NCBI GenBank assembly: GCA_951406725.2
Contig: OX597824.1
Coordinates: 21,576,001 to 21,640,000 of the forward strand
Direction: 5' to 3'
Length of the DNA stretch: 64,000 nt
Source: Octopus vulgaris
Taxonomy: Eukaryota
Shown: positions 24,113 to 38,621 of the stretch, in pieces
How the letters are laid out: every line of letters starts with the position of its first letter
Position numbering within the stretch: the stretch's first letter is position 1
Notes under the pieces: generated by a model
Seen by the model: only the letters and a program-made list of their open reading frames with translations
Database searches by the model: none
What the model was told of the DNA's origin: nothing
Translations under genes and position numbers: made by a program

Positions 24113-24525
24113 TATTATTATTATTATTATTTTTATTTTTGTTGTTGTTTTTTTCTCTTTATTTCTACACTAATGACATAACTGATCACTCCTCACCTCC
24201 CGCACACACAACTACTATATTCTTTAGCTGTTGTTACACTTAGAATCTTTATACAATAAATAACAAATAACAAACATCTTTTGAGATCAACCATATTCCT
24301 ACTGGAATTGGTTTGAAGTAAAACACCTTAAAAATATGAGCTTAATACAATGAAACTTTAGTTCTAGTTCTGAAAACCCATTTTTCTTTTATTGATTCCA
24401 TTAAGAATATATGGTCCTCTTTAACACTGAGTCATCACAAAGATAGCGGAATTTATATTTAAGGACAGAAGTTTGGTGAAACAAACAAGAAAATAGAACT
24501 CAAAATACGAGTATATGTATGTATA

Positions 24526-24582
<57 letters not shown>

Positions 24583-25514
24583 TAAAATACTGAGGGTAGA
24601 AATTGATAATCAATCAATTAACATCAATTTAAACCAATGGTCTAGCATATTCAAAAAAACTCTGAAGATTTAAAAATTATATTACAATTAATAAGAGGAA
24701 TGACCACTAAAGTGGTCTACAAATTCATTATTTCCATAAATTAACTCACTTTAAAAATTATAATTTGTACCAATTCTGATCACTTTCTGCAAGATCTATT
24801 CTGACAAAATAAACGACATTAGTTTCCCTTCCAGTAAAGTTCATACTTGAAGCAAGCTCTACTTTACTGCAAAATAACTTATTTACATAAATATCTGAGT
24901 AAATTTTGTTTTCTTTCTTTCTTTCTTTTTTCTTTCTTTCTTTCCTTCTTTCTTTTTTTGAAAAACCAACTTGTCTTTGGGTTAATTCCAACACCTGAAT
25001 ATACTGTTGTTTTTGCTGTTGTTAACACCAATACCAAATACAGAACCACCACTACCACTATAACCACCACCACCACCACCACCACTACAGCCACTACTAC
25101 TACTACTACCACAAATAGCATTATCTTTGATTTTTTTAAATATTTATGTTGTTTTCTTTTTAAGTTCTTCATTCATCATTCATCATTCCTCATATCATTA
25201 TATATTATATCATCAATAAATGTCATTCATCTCCTCACCGCCTTTCTATTATTATTATTACTGTTACTATTATTATTATTATTAAAGATGTCAAGCTGGC
25301 AGAATCATTAGGGCATCGGAAAAAAATGTTTTTTCATTATTTGTTCCAGTGCTTTGCATTCTAAGTTCAACTACCACTGGTCAGCTTTGCCCTTCATCCT
25401 TTTGAGGTTGATAAAATAAAGTGCCGGGCAGTTACTGGGAGAGGGGTTGATGGTATCGACTAATCCCCTCCTCTAAATATCAGAAACAATTATTATTATC
25501 ATTATTTTATTTTA

Positions 25515-25819
25515 CTCTTAATCCGCATGTTTGTTACTGTCACTTGCCGGGACACACCCAGTTTCCTGGGACGAGTGAAGGATAAGAGATGTTACAGCAT
25601 GACTCAAAGCTTGGGGGAGGGGAAGGAGCAAAATATCTTCATGTAATACAATACATACATTTAAATGGATAGGGTTTTTCCAAGGATGTGGACAGTACTT
25701 ATCAGTACAATCTTTTGGATTTCTCTGAGACATGGTTCTCCTGGGATGTTATCTAGATGTTTCTGACATCCCTTGTTTTATCATATCTAGGGCACCTACA
25801 ATAACAGGAACAGTTCTTG

Positions 25820-25822
<3 letters not shown>
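25515..25822 (-). mobile_element. R4/Dong-clade non-LTR retroelement 3' fragment
   Basis: Minus-strand translation TVPVIVGAL..(frameshift)..HLDNIPG..EIQKIVL.STVHIL..LSI*; bordered by (ATT)n. Confidence 0.7.
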
Positions 25823-25851
<29 letters not shown>

Positions 25852-26504
25852 CATTATTATTAATTTTAAATTGTGTTGTCAAACTCTGCCATCAAAGAAA
25901 ATGCATAATTAAAAGGCCTCACCAAGGAACACAAGCTTGTTATCATTATTGTCATCATCATCATCAGCGTCAAAATCATCAGCATCATCAGCAGCAGCAG
26001 CGTTGTCATCATCAGCTTCGTCATCATCATCAGCATTGGTTTCCAAATACTTCCCTCATTGCCACCCTGGAATTCCACTCCGCCCACCACATCATTGCAT
26101 TTTTCATCTCCGATGCCTACTTCTTTAGTTTTTATCGAAGACATAGCTAAGATGAATCCCATCAAGGCGTTTGTTTCAAATAAATTTTAGACATTAAAAG
26201 TTTTGAATTGAGTTAAAGATTGAACTTTTTGTATCAATTTAATACAAACTAATTATTTTCTCATTCATTAACTAATTTAACGGTTAACCAAATTCTTCTA
26301 TAATGTCCATTCAGTTCACTAAAAATTTGTTGTTGTTATCATTGGTTTCAATTCCGTTCTGAAATCAGTCCGATAGTTTGTCTGAGGCCACATTCCTATA
26401 TATTCCAAATCAGCAAATAATTATTTCTGATCAGCGATTATTTATTATCACTCAGTCTGCCATATTATTAACACAACAATACAGTAATAATAATAATAAT
26501 ATTA

Positions 26505-26552
<48 letters not shown>

Positions 26553-26720
26553 TATTGAAATATTTTGTGTTTTTGCTTTCCATGACATTTTCAAGCCATC
26601 GAATCATCAAACCGTCACCTCTTTCATTTCAACAGAATATTCTTTGGAACCTCTGTTTGTGTGTTTATAGATTGTATGTATGTATGTATGTATGTGTGTA
26701 TTTGTATATATATATGTATA

Positions 26721-26777
<57 letters not shown>

Positions 26778-27610
26778 ATGTATGTATATATATGTATATA
26801 TATATATGTATATATATGCATATATATATATGTATATATATGTATATATATATATGTATATATATATATGTATGTATTTGTATGTATATATATATATACA
26901 TATATATATATGTGTGTGTATTTATGTATGTATGTATACCATTGTCATCATCATCATTGTCATTGCCTTTTAGCGTCCATCTTCCATGCTGGCGTGGGTT
27001 GGATGGTTTCACAGTATTCAATAGATTCAAGGATTGCATCAGGCTCTTGTGTCTTTGGCATGGTTTCTATGGCTAGAGACCCTTTCTAATACCAACTTTG
27101 ATATAATGTATTGGGTGTTTTCTCTTGGCTCCACCATCTATGTATGTATGCATGCATACACATATATACATATATATATATATATACATGTGTAAATTAC
27201 CATTAAATTGTTTTGACCCATCATCCCTTATCATTCTTCATTCACAGTTTCATCTTTATTTTCCATATTTCTTTTCAATTTTATTTAATTTTAATTTGAT
27301 TTTTGTTTGTATTATAGCATATACTACAGCAGAATATCGTTTCTAACGCCCCCTCCCCCCACTTCCACACACTTTCTACCGTTCCATTCTAACCTCGAAT
27401 TACTTAGAAAGGAAAATGAACAATAAAAATTACATCTGAAACAAGACACATCTCTGTTAATCATCTCTGGTGAATGTAACCTTGACAAGGAGGAGTCCAA
27501 CTTTCATCCCCCCCCCACCTCCGATTGGCAGGTCAGCAGTGTTGGCCATATCACTGTCCGTCTTCCCCTTCTGACTTGCACTTTAGCTCCTCTCTGGAAT
27601 AAATAGTATA

Positions 27611-27980
27611 TTCTTTTATTCTTTTGCTTGTTTCAGTCATTTGACTGCAGCCATGCTGGAGCACCACCTTTGGTTGAGCAAATCGACCCCTGGACTTATT
27701 CTTTGTAAGCCTAGTACTTATTGTATTGGTCTCTTTTTGCCAAACCTCTAAATTACGGATACATAAACACACCAGCATCGGTTGTCAAGTGATGTTGGAG
27801 AGACAAGCACAGACATACAAACATATACACACGCATACATATATAGATATAGACGACGGGTTTCTTTTAGCTTCCGTTTACCAAATCCACTCACAAGGCT
27901 ATAGGCTATAGCCGAGACTATAGTAGAAAACACTGTGGTTGGTAAGCAAGCTACTTACCACACAGCCACTCCTGCACCTA
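27611..27980 (-). mobile_element. SINE family A with internal deletion
   Basis: Reverse complement of family A. Confidence 0.88.
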
Positions 27981-30441
27981 TTCTGAAATTTTTATAAATA
28001 TTTCTAATTTGAATTGGAAATAATTTTATAGATTCCTGTTTCTAGCAAGCAATCCTTGATAATTATTAATTAGTACCACTTAATTTTCTTGTTATAACTT
28101 ACATGGCCCTAATTTAGCTGCTCGAAGTATTTCTAGGGAAAAATACAGTCACACTTTGCTACAACTGTTTATTAAAATCATATCAGTTGTTTGAGTATTT
28201 AATTGGCATTATGATTCATTAGACCGTCTTTGATAGAATATCAGAGTGTTATATTTAACAACAAAAAAATTTGTGATGGCTACATTCTTACTCTGATTAT
28301 AATCTGAAGGTATACCTTCTCTTCTTGAATCCCCAATCTTAAATGTGGTAGGTCCATTTGAAATTTTATGTTGTATATCAACTTAGCTAGAAGTAATTCA
28401 AAGAATTTTTGCAGTCATAGATCACTCTACTTTCAATATTAGTGTGTTTTACTAGATTATTATTATTATTATTATTATTATTAAGATAGCAAGCTGGCAG
28501 AATTGTTAGCATACCAGGAGAAGTGCTTAGCAGTATTTCTCTTATTACATTCTGAGTTCAGGTTCTGCCAAGGTTGACTTTGCTTTTCATCCTTTTGGCA
28601 TCAATAAATCAAGTACCAGTGAAACACTAAAGTCAATGTGACCGATTAGCCCCATCCCCAAAATCCAGGCCCTCTGCCTACAGTAGAAAAAATTATTATT
28701 ATTATTTGTAATAGTAAATATTAAAAGTTTTTTTGACTGAGATATTTTTATCATTTCCTGTTAAGACTGACTTTTTCATATCAAAATGTATAATTAATTT
28801 AGAGTTAATTGGAAAGAAAGTTGGAAAACCTCACGATACATTTAAAAAAATGTGTTATGAATATATTTCACCAGAGAAAATTTCTTTTTAAAATTAAATA
28901 TCATTACAAAAGTACATTTTAATTCTAATATATAATGAAAATCATCACTAACCTCTCCAGCAGTGAACCAATGAAAGAATCTCCATGTGGTCACTCAACA
29001 TGCTAGAAATAGTAGCCAAAATGTCCTTAAATTGTACCCTACAGTCTAAAAAATAGAAACAAAGAATTTGTTGAACAATGTCATTCTGGATGGGATGGTT
29101 TTGGTTGGACCAGCTTTGACCATAGGTCTGCTCAATCAAGCCTGACCTGGAGCTAAATAATAACATTAATTCTCTTAATTTCCCCATTCAACATTTCAAA
29201 GGCTAAGAATGCATTCATACATTACATATTTGGTCTGTCTTTTAAGTCTAATGCTGACCATTCTTGGCTAATATTCCGGTGAATATTTACTAGTTTATAG
29301 ATATTTCTCTGCATTGCTTTTCCTTTTACATTTACCTATTCAATTTTTTTATTTTAATTTTCAAACCGACTGAGGAACAACTCACATAGGTATTCTTCAG
29401 CCAGCTACAAACAGTAGCCAGTCCTTCCTCAAATCACACCCTACCGTTTTTAAAGAAAGACAATTACTATGTCTGGAAACAAAAAAGATTTGATGGTCAC
29501 AACTAAAACCAAACTGTTTTCATCATAGATCTTTTCAACCAGAACTAACCTGGAGTTAATCAGCAGCTATCCTCATTTTTTTTTCTCTATTTCTATACCA
29601 AAGAAAGAAGAAATATTTGTATGTAAATTTTCTTTCGGTGCCATACCGTTTAACAGAAATTCCCATTCTTTTAATGTGCTAGAAATTTTATTGATTTTAT
29701 TATTACTATTTATTTTTATTTTATTTTTTTGTGGGTCCCAATAAAAAAAATTTGACAACATCTTTAATGTAGATTTCTCTTAAATTTTGGTGATGCTAGC
29801 TTTGTTTCTTTTAGGTTCTTCATTCATAATTAATTCATTATAATCAGGCAGCAAGAAATGATAAGCTTAATCCATTCGTTACCATATTTCTATTAAAATA
29901 CAATGTCTTCGTTTCAGTTACTTTTAGAAAAAAAATAATTAAAAAGATCCAATAAAATAACTTTGTCCTCATTAACCTGGTGTTTGGAACATAAATTAAC
30001 ATGGAATCTTGCTGGAAAGTCTTAATTTCGGTTACTTTAAAACAGAAAGTTTGCATCCTAGAACAAGAAGTGGTTTCAAGTGGGTTGACATTAAAAGGGT
30101 TAAAATGTATATTAAAAGAGAAATTTAATTTTTCCTAATCAAAACAAAAAGAAAAAAATGAAGAACCACTTGATATAAATTTTAATCGTTCTATCTAAAT
30201 CCTTCTTCGTTAAGCATGTTTGTTTTTACAGAGATCAAAGTCAATTCTTATGTTTACTATTTTTAAGTTAAGGTTGTTAGTAACGCCAAAAAATGGTTTT
30301 CTCTTTAGACCATTTCAATATGAAGAACTCGCTGCTTTTAATTTTTGAAATAAAATTTAATGGTCCTTGATTCCTACATAAATAATTGATATAATTAATT
30401 TCCTTCAATACTCATTGTTTTCCATAATTAAATTAATTTAA

Positions 30442-30731
30442 TTTCGTTTTTGGATTTGGTTTGCAAGATTCTTTATCCGAGTTCATGTGTTGAAGCATAT
30501 TCTGTTGTGTTTGGGGAAAGTCCTTTTCTTTTTGTGCCAGTAAAATTTCACTTATTTCTTATTTTTATTTTCCTAAATTTTTTTTTCCTACAATTTCAAG
30601 ACTATTGAAAAGGTTGCAAGATGCAACGAAAATTTTAGGAAAATGAAAATAAGAAATAAGTGGAAATTTTACCAGTGAGATTGTTACATTATAAGGCACA
30701 AAAAGAAAATGACTCTCCCCAGACACAACAG
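30442..30731. mobile_element. Second copy of the 8855-9143 fold-back family, opposite orientation, 12-bp TSD
   Basis: AAATTAATTTAA at 30430-30441 and 30732-30743; the fold point differs from the first copy. Confidence 0.75.
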
Positions 30732-31502
30732 AAATTAATTTAAGATTTATCATTAATATCTTCTGTTGCTAAAATATTATTAGATTTCTTAGTTAAATTA
30801 TTTAACCATTTTGTTACCATATTTTTGAAATACTCTGCTTTGTTTCAATTAATTATAAAAATAACGAAGAATTCACTAAGATAATTTTGTCCTTATCAGC
30901 CTGCTACTGTGAATATAAATTATGAAATTTTGATGTAAGAATTCAATTTAGAACTCTTTTAAAGCAGGAAGTTCATATCATGGAACAACGGTAGTCTCAG
31001 GCATGTTGGCATCAAAAGACTTGAAATATTTTATCAATATCTTTATTCATTTTACAATTATTATACATCTCCTTTTCTTTTTTATGTTGATTTTGTTTGT
31101 CCCTAATTTCCATTATTTACCATTTTATTTAATTTTTAATTATTTCTCCTTAAAAACACTTCATGTCAATTTTTAAAAGCCCAGAATTTTTCTGATGGTT
31201 AACCTTTTGACTTTAGTGTATATAAGATGGCAAAGGGGACCAAACTTTACCCACTGAAAGTGAAAGGGAAACAAATAACCAGTAATATTTGGCACAAATT
31301 GGCAATGACTACCAATAAAGACTGTAATAGTAATATGGGTCTGATTTATTTGATTTTTTCCTTTTATATATATATATATACATTTTTTTTTTATTTTAAA
31401 ACTGAAGTATAATAATTATACAGGATACTAATGCCTGATATGTATGTATGTATATATACATGTGTGTGTGTGTAGATATATATATTTCTGCATATATATT
31501 TC

Positions 31503-31541
<39 letters not shown>

Positions 31542-32226
31542 TCTGTTGATTATATATGTGTGTGTGTGTGTGTGTGTGTATGCATGTATGTATATTTGTC
31601 TATGCACACATGTATGTCTGTGTGTTTCTCTACATATGCTGCTCACTTATTCAAAAGTCATGTTGTTTGGTGCTCTGTTGGCATTTCACCCATCGATGGA
31701 TCACCCACTCACTTCATGCCTTTAAAGCCATATGGAATAAGAGACCCCCTTGCTTGTAAAAAAATAAAGTAAGGTTTAGTGTCAGGAAAGGCATCCAACT
31801 GTAAAACAAAACCTCAATAATATTTGTCTAACCTATGGATAAAAAAAATTTAAAACAAACATCAAAAAATATGTCAAAGTTTGTTGAATTGTGCCAAACG
31901 TTTACAAATATTTACAATTATTTGTTAACCTTTTACTTTCGACTGATCTATTTGGTTTCACTTTTGTTCACCATCTTAAATGTACAAAGTTTGAAAGACT
32001 GACATCTTAATCCCCTCTCAATACTCGACTTAGTGGCATCACAATATTTACACATCCAGAAAAATTAACATTTTATTTAAGTGGCTGCTGTACTTCCTCC
32101 CAACTTACTTCATTGTTTAGATCGCAGTCCCAACACAGTCCTAACGTAGTCCTATTAATTCTACTAAAATTTTTGTCAGTATTTATTATACATGGAAATA
32201 TTCCAAATCTTAACTCCCATTCTGTG

Positions 32227-32379
32227 CAGTGCTGTCCTTAAAGCAAGGGCACTGGACAGTTTCATAGGGCCCCCAACTCTGATTTCTGTATGCTGTGGCT
32301 TGCTGTCAATAAATAACTACTATAGGGCCCAATGCATTGCTATGCTCAGGGACCTAAAATGCTGCTTAGATGGCCCCTG
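32227..32379. mobile_element. Old hAT-type MITE
   Basis: CAG...CCCTG termini and degenerate 8-bp TSD (attctgtg/atcctgtc); a similar CAGGGCC...GGCCCTG element lies at 40649-40852. Confidence 0.45.
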
Positions 32380-34185
32380 ATCCTGTCACTGATTAATTTA
32401 ATTTTTCAGCTAATTAATAGAAAATAGCTATAGCCTGATACATTTTTTCATGGTCTTTGATTGTCAGATATGCTCTCAGTAGGATCAATTTATTTTAAAC
32501 CCATTTCTCCTTTGTTACCATATTTCTGCTGAAATACACTGCCTTTGTTTCAATTTATTTTGAAAATTATGAAGAATTTAATAAAATAACTGTCTATATT
32601 AAGCTGGTGTCTGGAACATAAATTAACAAGAAATTAGAATGGAAGGTTAGAGCAGGAAGCTTGTATCATAGATCCAAGGAACAGTCTCAGGTGGGTTGTT
32701 ATCAAAAAGGGTTTAAATTTTGACTCAACCCTTCGTTGGCCAATATCCTACTTCATATACACTCACCAGATACACTGTTTGGTAAGAATCATTTGCTTGC
32801 TCTTTCCAATTCATTGAGCAAGATTTGTTTTAATTGTGATCTTATGTTTGTCTGTGATTATTTTGGCCCTTTTAATTCTAGGCTCTTATTTGTGGTTTTT
32901 GAAATTTAAATTAATAAAAGTCTAAATCATTCTGTAATGAAAAAAACAGTCATCTGTATATAAACATTTCTGTTAAACATGTTATCTTAAATCCACTTGT
33001 GATAGAAACTATGGGCTCAGAGCAGTACACCGGTAAACATTTATTACAAAACCAATTAAATCTTGAATTTACAATTTTTTTATTTATGAACATCAATGTT
33101 TTAAAATGAATTATAAATGATGGTATGTTATTCAGAATTCTGTGGAATATATTTCTGGTTCATTACAGATTTTCCTTAGCCAGATATTCTTGTGTAATGA
33201 TATAATGTTCCTGCAATGTTTTTTTTTTTTTTGTGTACTTTTTTGTTTTAATGGCTTCTTCTTAGAATGGCCCTATGGGCACGTTTAGGGTAGTCCCCTC
33301 ATATCTCTAATTAAAAAAAGATACCTGGAGTGAAAACAGCCAAAATAACAATGGAATTGGGATTGGAGTCTCTTTAAATTCAACTGGCCAATTATTGTTT
33401 AGGTTTTAACCATTCCTCCTTCTGTGTTTCTCATAAGATAAACACTGGAGGAGCGACAATTTCTCTATACTGTCTGGATTTAGACTAATTTGTTGTATTT
33501 AACAGTGTCATATGGTTTCTACACTCTCTTAACCATTTGACAAGGTTGCTAACATATCAGTCATTAAGATATATACCTTTGTAAGGAGTCTCGTTAGACC
33601 AAGAATACTGCTTTAACAGCTTGAAGCATTTCCATGCTACCTTTTTGTTTTCCCAAATTACAAATGTGCCTGCATTGTTACATGTTATTCTTGTGTATGT
33701 TTTGCCATGCCTTCTGGAGAGAAAATAAGGAAGATATTCGGCTGATCTTCCTCTCACAGTCAAGGATCCCACATGCTTTGCTTTCCTTTTTTTTTTGTTA
33801 TAGACTTAAAAACTTGTTATTTCATCATTTTTACCACTTTGCTTGTTATTATTGGTGTGCCCATTAAGATTGACCGATCACTTGGTCAAATATCATATTT
33901 CCTGATCTCAAAAGACATTGATTACACAACCTGATAGTGAGAGAGATTTCTTTCCAAAACATGTTACCTTTAACTTCGACAAATTACTTTTTCCTTGCTA
34001 CCTACTTGCCTTATTTTCATCATTTCACCTTTCATCTAGCAAACAGTTTAACTTAAATTTAACGATATATTCTCATTAAGGATTAGTTTCCAAGATTCCT
34101 ACTCTACAGTTCTATATTTAAGTGATGAGGAATTATGTACATTATTTACATTTGACGGATATTTGTCCTCATCTTGTTTGTTGTT

Positions 34186-34231
34186 AACACAACATTTCAG
34201 GTGATATACCCTCTCGCCTTCATCAGGTGTC
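34186..34231 (-). ncRNA. Minimal hammerhead ribozyme motif (decayed)
   Basis: Minus strand gacac-CTGATGA-agg...cct-GAAAT-GTT-gtgtt. Confidence 0.5.
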
Positions 34232-34288
34232 TTGGAGAAATTTCGAACCTGGGTTCTCATTCCTCAGGTATTTTTCGATGTTGTTGTC

Positions 34289-34335
<47 letters not shown>

Positions 34336-34440
34336 AGTCACTGCCTGGAATCGAACTCGGAATCTTGGGGTTAAGAGCGCTGGCTGCTAACACCAAGATT
34401 CCGAGTTTGATTCCTAGCAGTGACCTGAATAATAATGATG

Positions 34441-34479
<39 letters not shown>

Positions 34480-34526
34480 TCGAAAAATACCTTAGGAATG
34501 AGAACCCGGGTTTGAAATTTCCCCAA

Positions 34527-34572
34527 GACACCTGATGAAGGCAGGAGAGTATATCAACTGAAACGTTGTGTT
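34527..34572 (+). ncRNA. Minimal type I hammerhead ribozyme motif (stem II decayed)
   Basis: gacac-CTGATGA-...-GAAAC-GTT-gtgtt: stem I gacac/gtgtt and palindromic AACGTT in place of stem III. Confidence 0.6.
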
Positions 34573-35640
34573 AACAACAAACAAGATGAGGACAAATATC
34601 CATTTAAATGTATATAATGTAAATAATATTCCTACTCTAGTTTTCAAATATGTGTTAATATGTATTTCTTTTAACCTCCTGTTCTACCTCATAGATTCAA
34701 TGTTAGCTTATTTGGTTCACAGGACAACTTAAAATAGCCATCAACTTAAGGTATCGTATCATTGAATCTCCTTGGAATCACCAAGACTTCTCTTGAAAAT
34801 TCTCATACAATAATATAACGCAAACAGCATCAAAGTGACTTGCTGTCACCTTGCAACCATGAAAATTTCAGTTCTTTTAATTAAATCTCTACAAAGTGTT
34901 GCAATCGTACCTGGGGGTGATGCATTTTCTGAACACAGGTATCCTAGATTACATGCAGAAGATTGTTATCAATCAGATTTTTAATTCCCTTTTTAGAAGG
35001 AAATAAAAAAGCAAAAACAAAACAAAAACTCTTCAGTACTGGGTTTATCACTGCGCTAACCCTTTCTTCTTTTACTGACAATTAAATCTACCCCACTATT
35101 ACACCTGGTACTTAACCTCTTGCCACATATCCTATAGTTCTCTCTTCTTATGATTCATTTTGACCCCTCCATGTGGTCCTTTTATTCTTCTAATGACCAG
35201 CATCCTAATCTGAACCTGACCTCACTTTCTACCCTTATATATTTAATACAATAGTAATGTAACCTCCTACATTTCTTCAACATCCACCCTGATTGTATTA
35301 CTGTCATTCGCCACATCTACCCAAGCTAATGAAGAAAGCTCTGTATGGGTATTTGATCTATCATAAATACCAGACAAGTTTCCTTCAAAATCACATTCCA
35401 CCATTTTCAAAAGAATGGCACACAATGGGTAATGTATTCCTATAGATATATGTATAAATATATATATATATGTATATATGTGTGTATATATATATATATA
35501 TGTATGTATATGTATATATATCTTTATATATATATATATATATACATATGTGTGTATATATACATACACACACACAATATATATGTTATATATATTTATA
35601 TATGTATATAATGTGTGTATATATATATATATACACATAC

Positions 35641-35687
<47 letters not shown>

Positions 35688-37216
35688 GTGGCTAAACAAT
35701 AATACTAATGTGATCTGAGGGGTTCCAACTAGCTACCGCAACATGGCTTGCTGAAGATCTTAGGATGTAGAGCAAGGAAGTAAACGCAAATGTTGCTCTG
35801 ATCTTACTTCACTAATATTAAAATACATCATATTTCATGAACCACTTGACAGCTTCTCTGTTGTTGCTTGTCCTGCTAGGAATGGCAGCTAAAAATCACA
35901 TCCAGCCAATTTAATATGCGGGACATATGCGTTGGATAATGTAGTTCCTGGTATACAAAAAAACATATATATATATATATAAATAAAAGGTGAAACAGAC
36001 AGGATGGTCATGGCTGGAATGTGTTTGATCAGGACTAACATGGGTCTAAAGAAACAGCATCCTGCTAGTGTTGCACTTTGCAGATAAGTTACAAAGGTGC
36101 GGTTTCTCTAACTAAACTACTAATTTTATTTATTAGTCATAAATTACAGGTGGGAGGAAATGATGATGGTGATGAGAGAATCTTAATAGGTTATGTTGGC
36201 ATGATTGTGGAGTTAAAAGGGTTGTTTTGCCATTACATGCTTCTTGGGCAAGGGTTTTCTGCTGGTGCCACCAATTGGCTAAAAGCTTGTGTGTCATATT
36301 TGGGGCCAGTGGTGAACAATGTAGAAACTTATTATTGAGTAGACATAATATGTCTCCCTGTTTAACACCCTCACCTAGGGCTTGGTTGCCTTTAGCAAGA
36401 GTCCACTCTGTTGCTGACATCCAGGCATGGTCTCCGATCTGGGGATCACTCTTTCCTTTTTTCCCCTTCAGTTGCAGAGGTTCTTAAAAAAAAAAAACAT
36501 CATGGCCACTGCCCTTTTTCCTCCTTTAAAAAAAATGTTTCTTGTAACAAAGATAAAAAAATTTAACCCAGCTAAAGATAATATCAGAACAATTGTTGGT
36601 GGATTGGCGAAATCATTTCGGCCCTTTATATTCTGAGTTCAAATCTTGCCAAAGTCGACTTTCTCTTTCATCCTTCAAGGGTTGATAAAATAAAGTACTG
36701 GTCAAGCACTGGAGTTGTATAATCAAATATATCCCTCGCACCGAATGTGTGGTCTTGGGACTCGAGTCAGAAATTATTATTTGAGCAAAACATATCAAAG
36801 GGCAGATAAACTCAGGAGACCCAATAGCCAGCCAATAACATTATACATACATACATACATATATATATATATACATGCATACACACACATCCATACACAG
36901 ATGTATGTATGTGTGATGACTTAGAAGTTTCTGGTTTGGTACCTAGGTGTACATTTAGCCTCCCAAGGTGGGTTGGACTCTAAACCATGGTGAAAGCAAC
37001 TAACCCAGGAGATGGAGAAGCCTGAGGCATGTTGCACATTGAGTTTGCAGCAAACATTTGCACCAACTTTCTGCTGTTCAGCATTTCTAATAAAAATGTG
37101 TGGATGGTCCTACATAAGCCTTCTCCACTGGAAACAAATAATTTTTTCTGGGTACTCTAATCTTTATACTGTTGGCTGTTATACTCTCATATGTCAAAGC
37201 CAACAGGAGAATCTAC

Positions 37217-37243
<27 letters not shown>

Positions 37244-37247
<4 letters not shown>

Positions 37248-37390
37248 TAGAAGGTTTGGAGATGATGTACAGGTTTTATATATTAGAAGAAATAAGGTAC
37301 TCAGAAATCTGGATGGTTTTATATTTACAGATTTCTATAGATAAAATTCTGTAAATATAAAACCATCCAGATTTCTGAGTACCTTATTTC

Positions 37391-37402
<12 letters not shown>
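37244..37402. mobile_element. Perfect asymmetric fold-back insert in (TA)n
   Basis: Arms at about 37276-37331 and 37347-37402 pair without visible mismatch. Confidence 0.7.
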
Positions 37403-37429
<27 letters not shown>

Positions 37430-38530
37430 GAAATTTAGAGAGGAAAATAGATTGCACATTTTTTTACCATATCTAAATTTGGTTGCAATAAATATACTGT
37501 AAAGTTCTTATTGATGAAGTGTTTCAAAGCTTTGAGGTGCATCATTAGTAAAGACTTATTTGCATATTTTTTAATGCTTCCATGTTTGCACTCTAAATTA
37601 ATATTTTTATTCTATTTAACCAGCTGAAAGAGAATCAGTTTAATTTCTGAATTTTTCTAAATACATCCATGTGCACAGGCACAGCTTAGGGATTCTTGGG
37701 CCTCTGGTCTTTGAAGTTGGCCACAAATCTGCGCATGTGTGCGCTGATGCATGTCCAAGGTGTTTTGAGAAAGATTAATAGTTGCCCATGCATATAAGTC
37801 CTCCCTTATTTACACCATTGAAGTTTACCCAAGAGAAAAGCCACTGAGTCGGTTTTGATAGAACTTGGCGTCAGTGTTGTCATAGGTGCTGCTTTTAGAA
37901 TCCAAAGAACCAGAATAGATATCAAAGGACCTCAAGCTTGGTTCTGTAACAGTTTTTACCAATCCATCACCCTGGATTGTTATTTCTTTCATTGACCCTA
38001 AAAGGATGAAAAGTAAAGCTGACCTTGGTGGGAGTTGAACTCAAAGCTCAATAAATACCATGAGGCATTCTGTCTAATGCATTCACAATTCTGCCAATTG
38101 TTTTTGTGGTCAAGAAGTCTACTTCGTAACTACATGGTTTTGAGTTCAGTCCCACTGCAAAGCATATTGAGAAAATGTCTTTCTCCTATAACATCAAGTT
38201 GACCAAAGCTCTGTGAGTAAAATTTGTTGGGTGGAAACTGTGTGGAAGCTCATCAGGGGACCTGTTGTTATTCTTGAGTGATAAATCTAATCCATTGCCT
38301 CTAACACTCCTGATCTTTTAGGTGTCTTAGTCATTTAGGCCAGATCTGGACATTACTTCCTCCTTCTTGTTAGTGTCAGAGATCCTGAAAAAGGGCTTGA
38401 ATATTGGTCTTCTTTTCTTCAGACCAAGTTACATAAAAAAAAAAATTAATTATCAATCTTTTGCCCTCATTATCCCATTTATGCAAATTTTCATGAGCTG
38501 GCAGTATTAACCCCCTCCACCAAATCCATG

Positions 38531-38567
<37 letters not shown>

Positions 38568-38589
38568 CATATATATATATAAATATATA

Positions 38590-38621
<32 letters not shown>

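Larger units (their letters stand above)
34107..34627. mobile_element. Fold-back retroelement: tRNA-like head + (AAT)n + hammerhead-bearing tail, 12-bp TSD
   Basis: Arms of about 240 nt inverted about 34375; TSD ATTCCTACTCTA at 34095-34106 and 34628-34639; about 25 nt of unpaired tail on the left. Confidence 0.85.

Noticed and set aside
30232-30275. Acceptor-like tttttacag| followed by short ORFs
   Set aside because: No good donor and no compositional support; such acceptors are common by chance in AT-rich DNA.
34223-34535. Mirror-image 102-aa ORFs on both strands
   Set aside because: A consequence of the palindrome and the (ATT)n/(AAT)n tracts.
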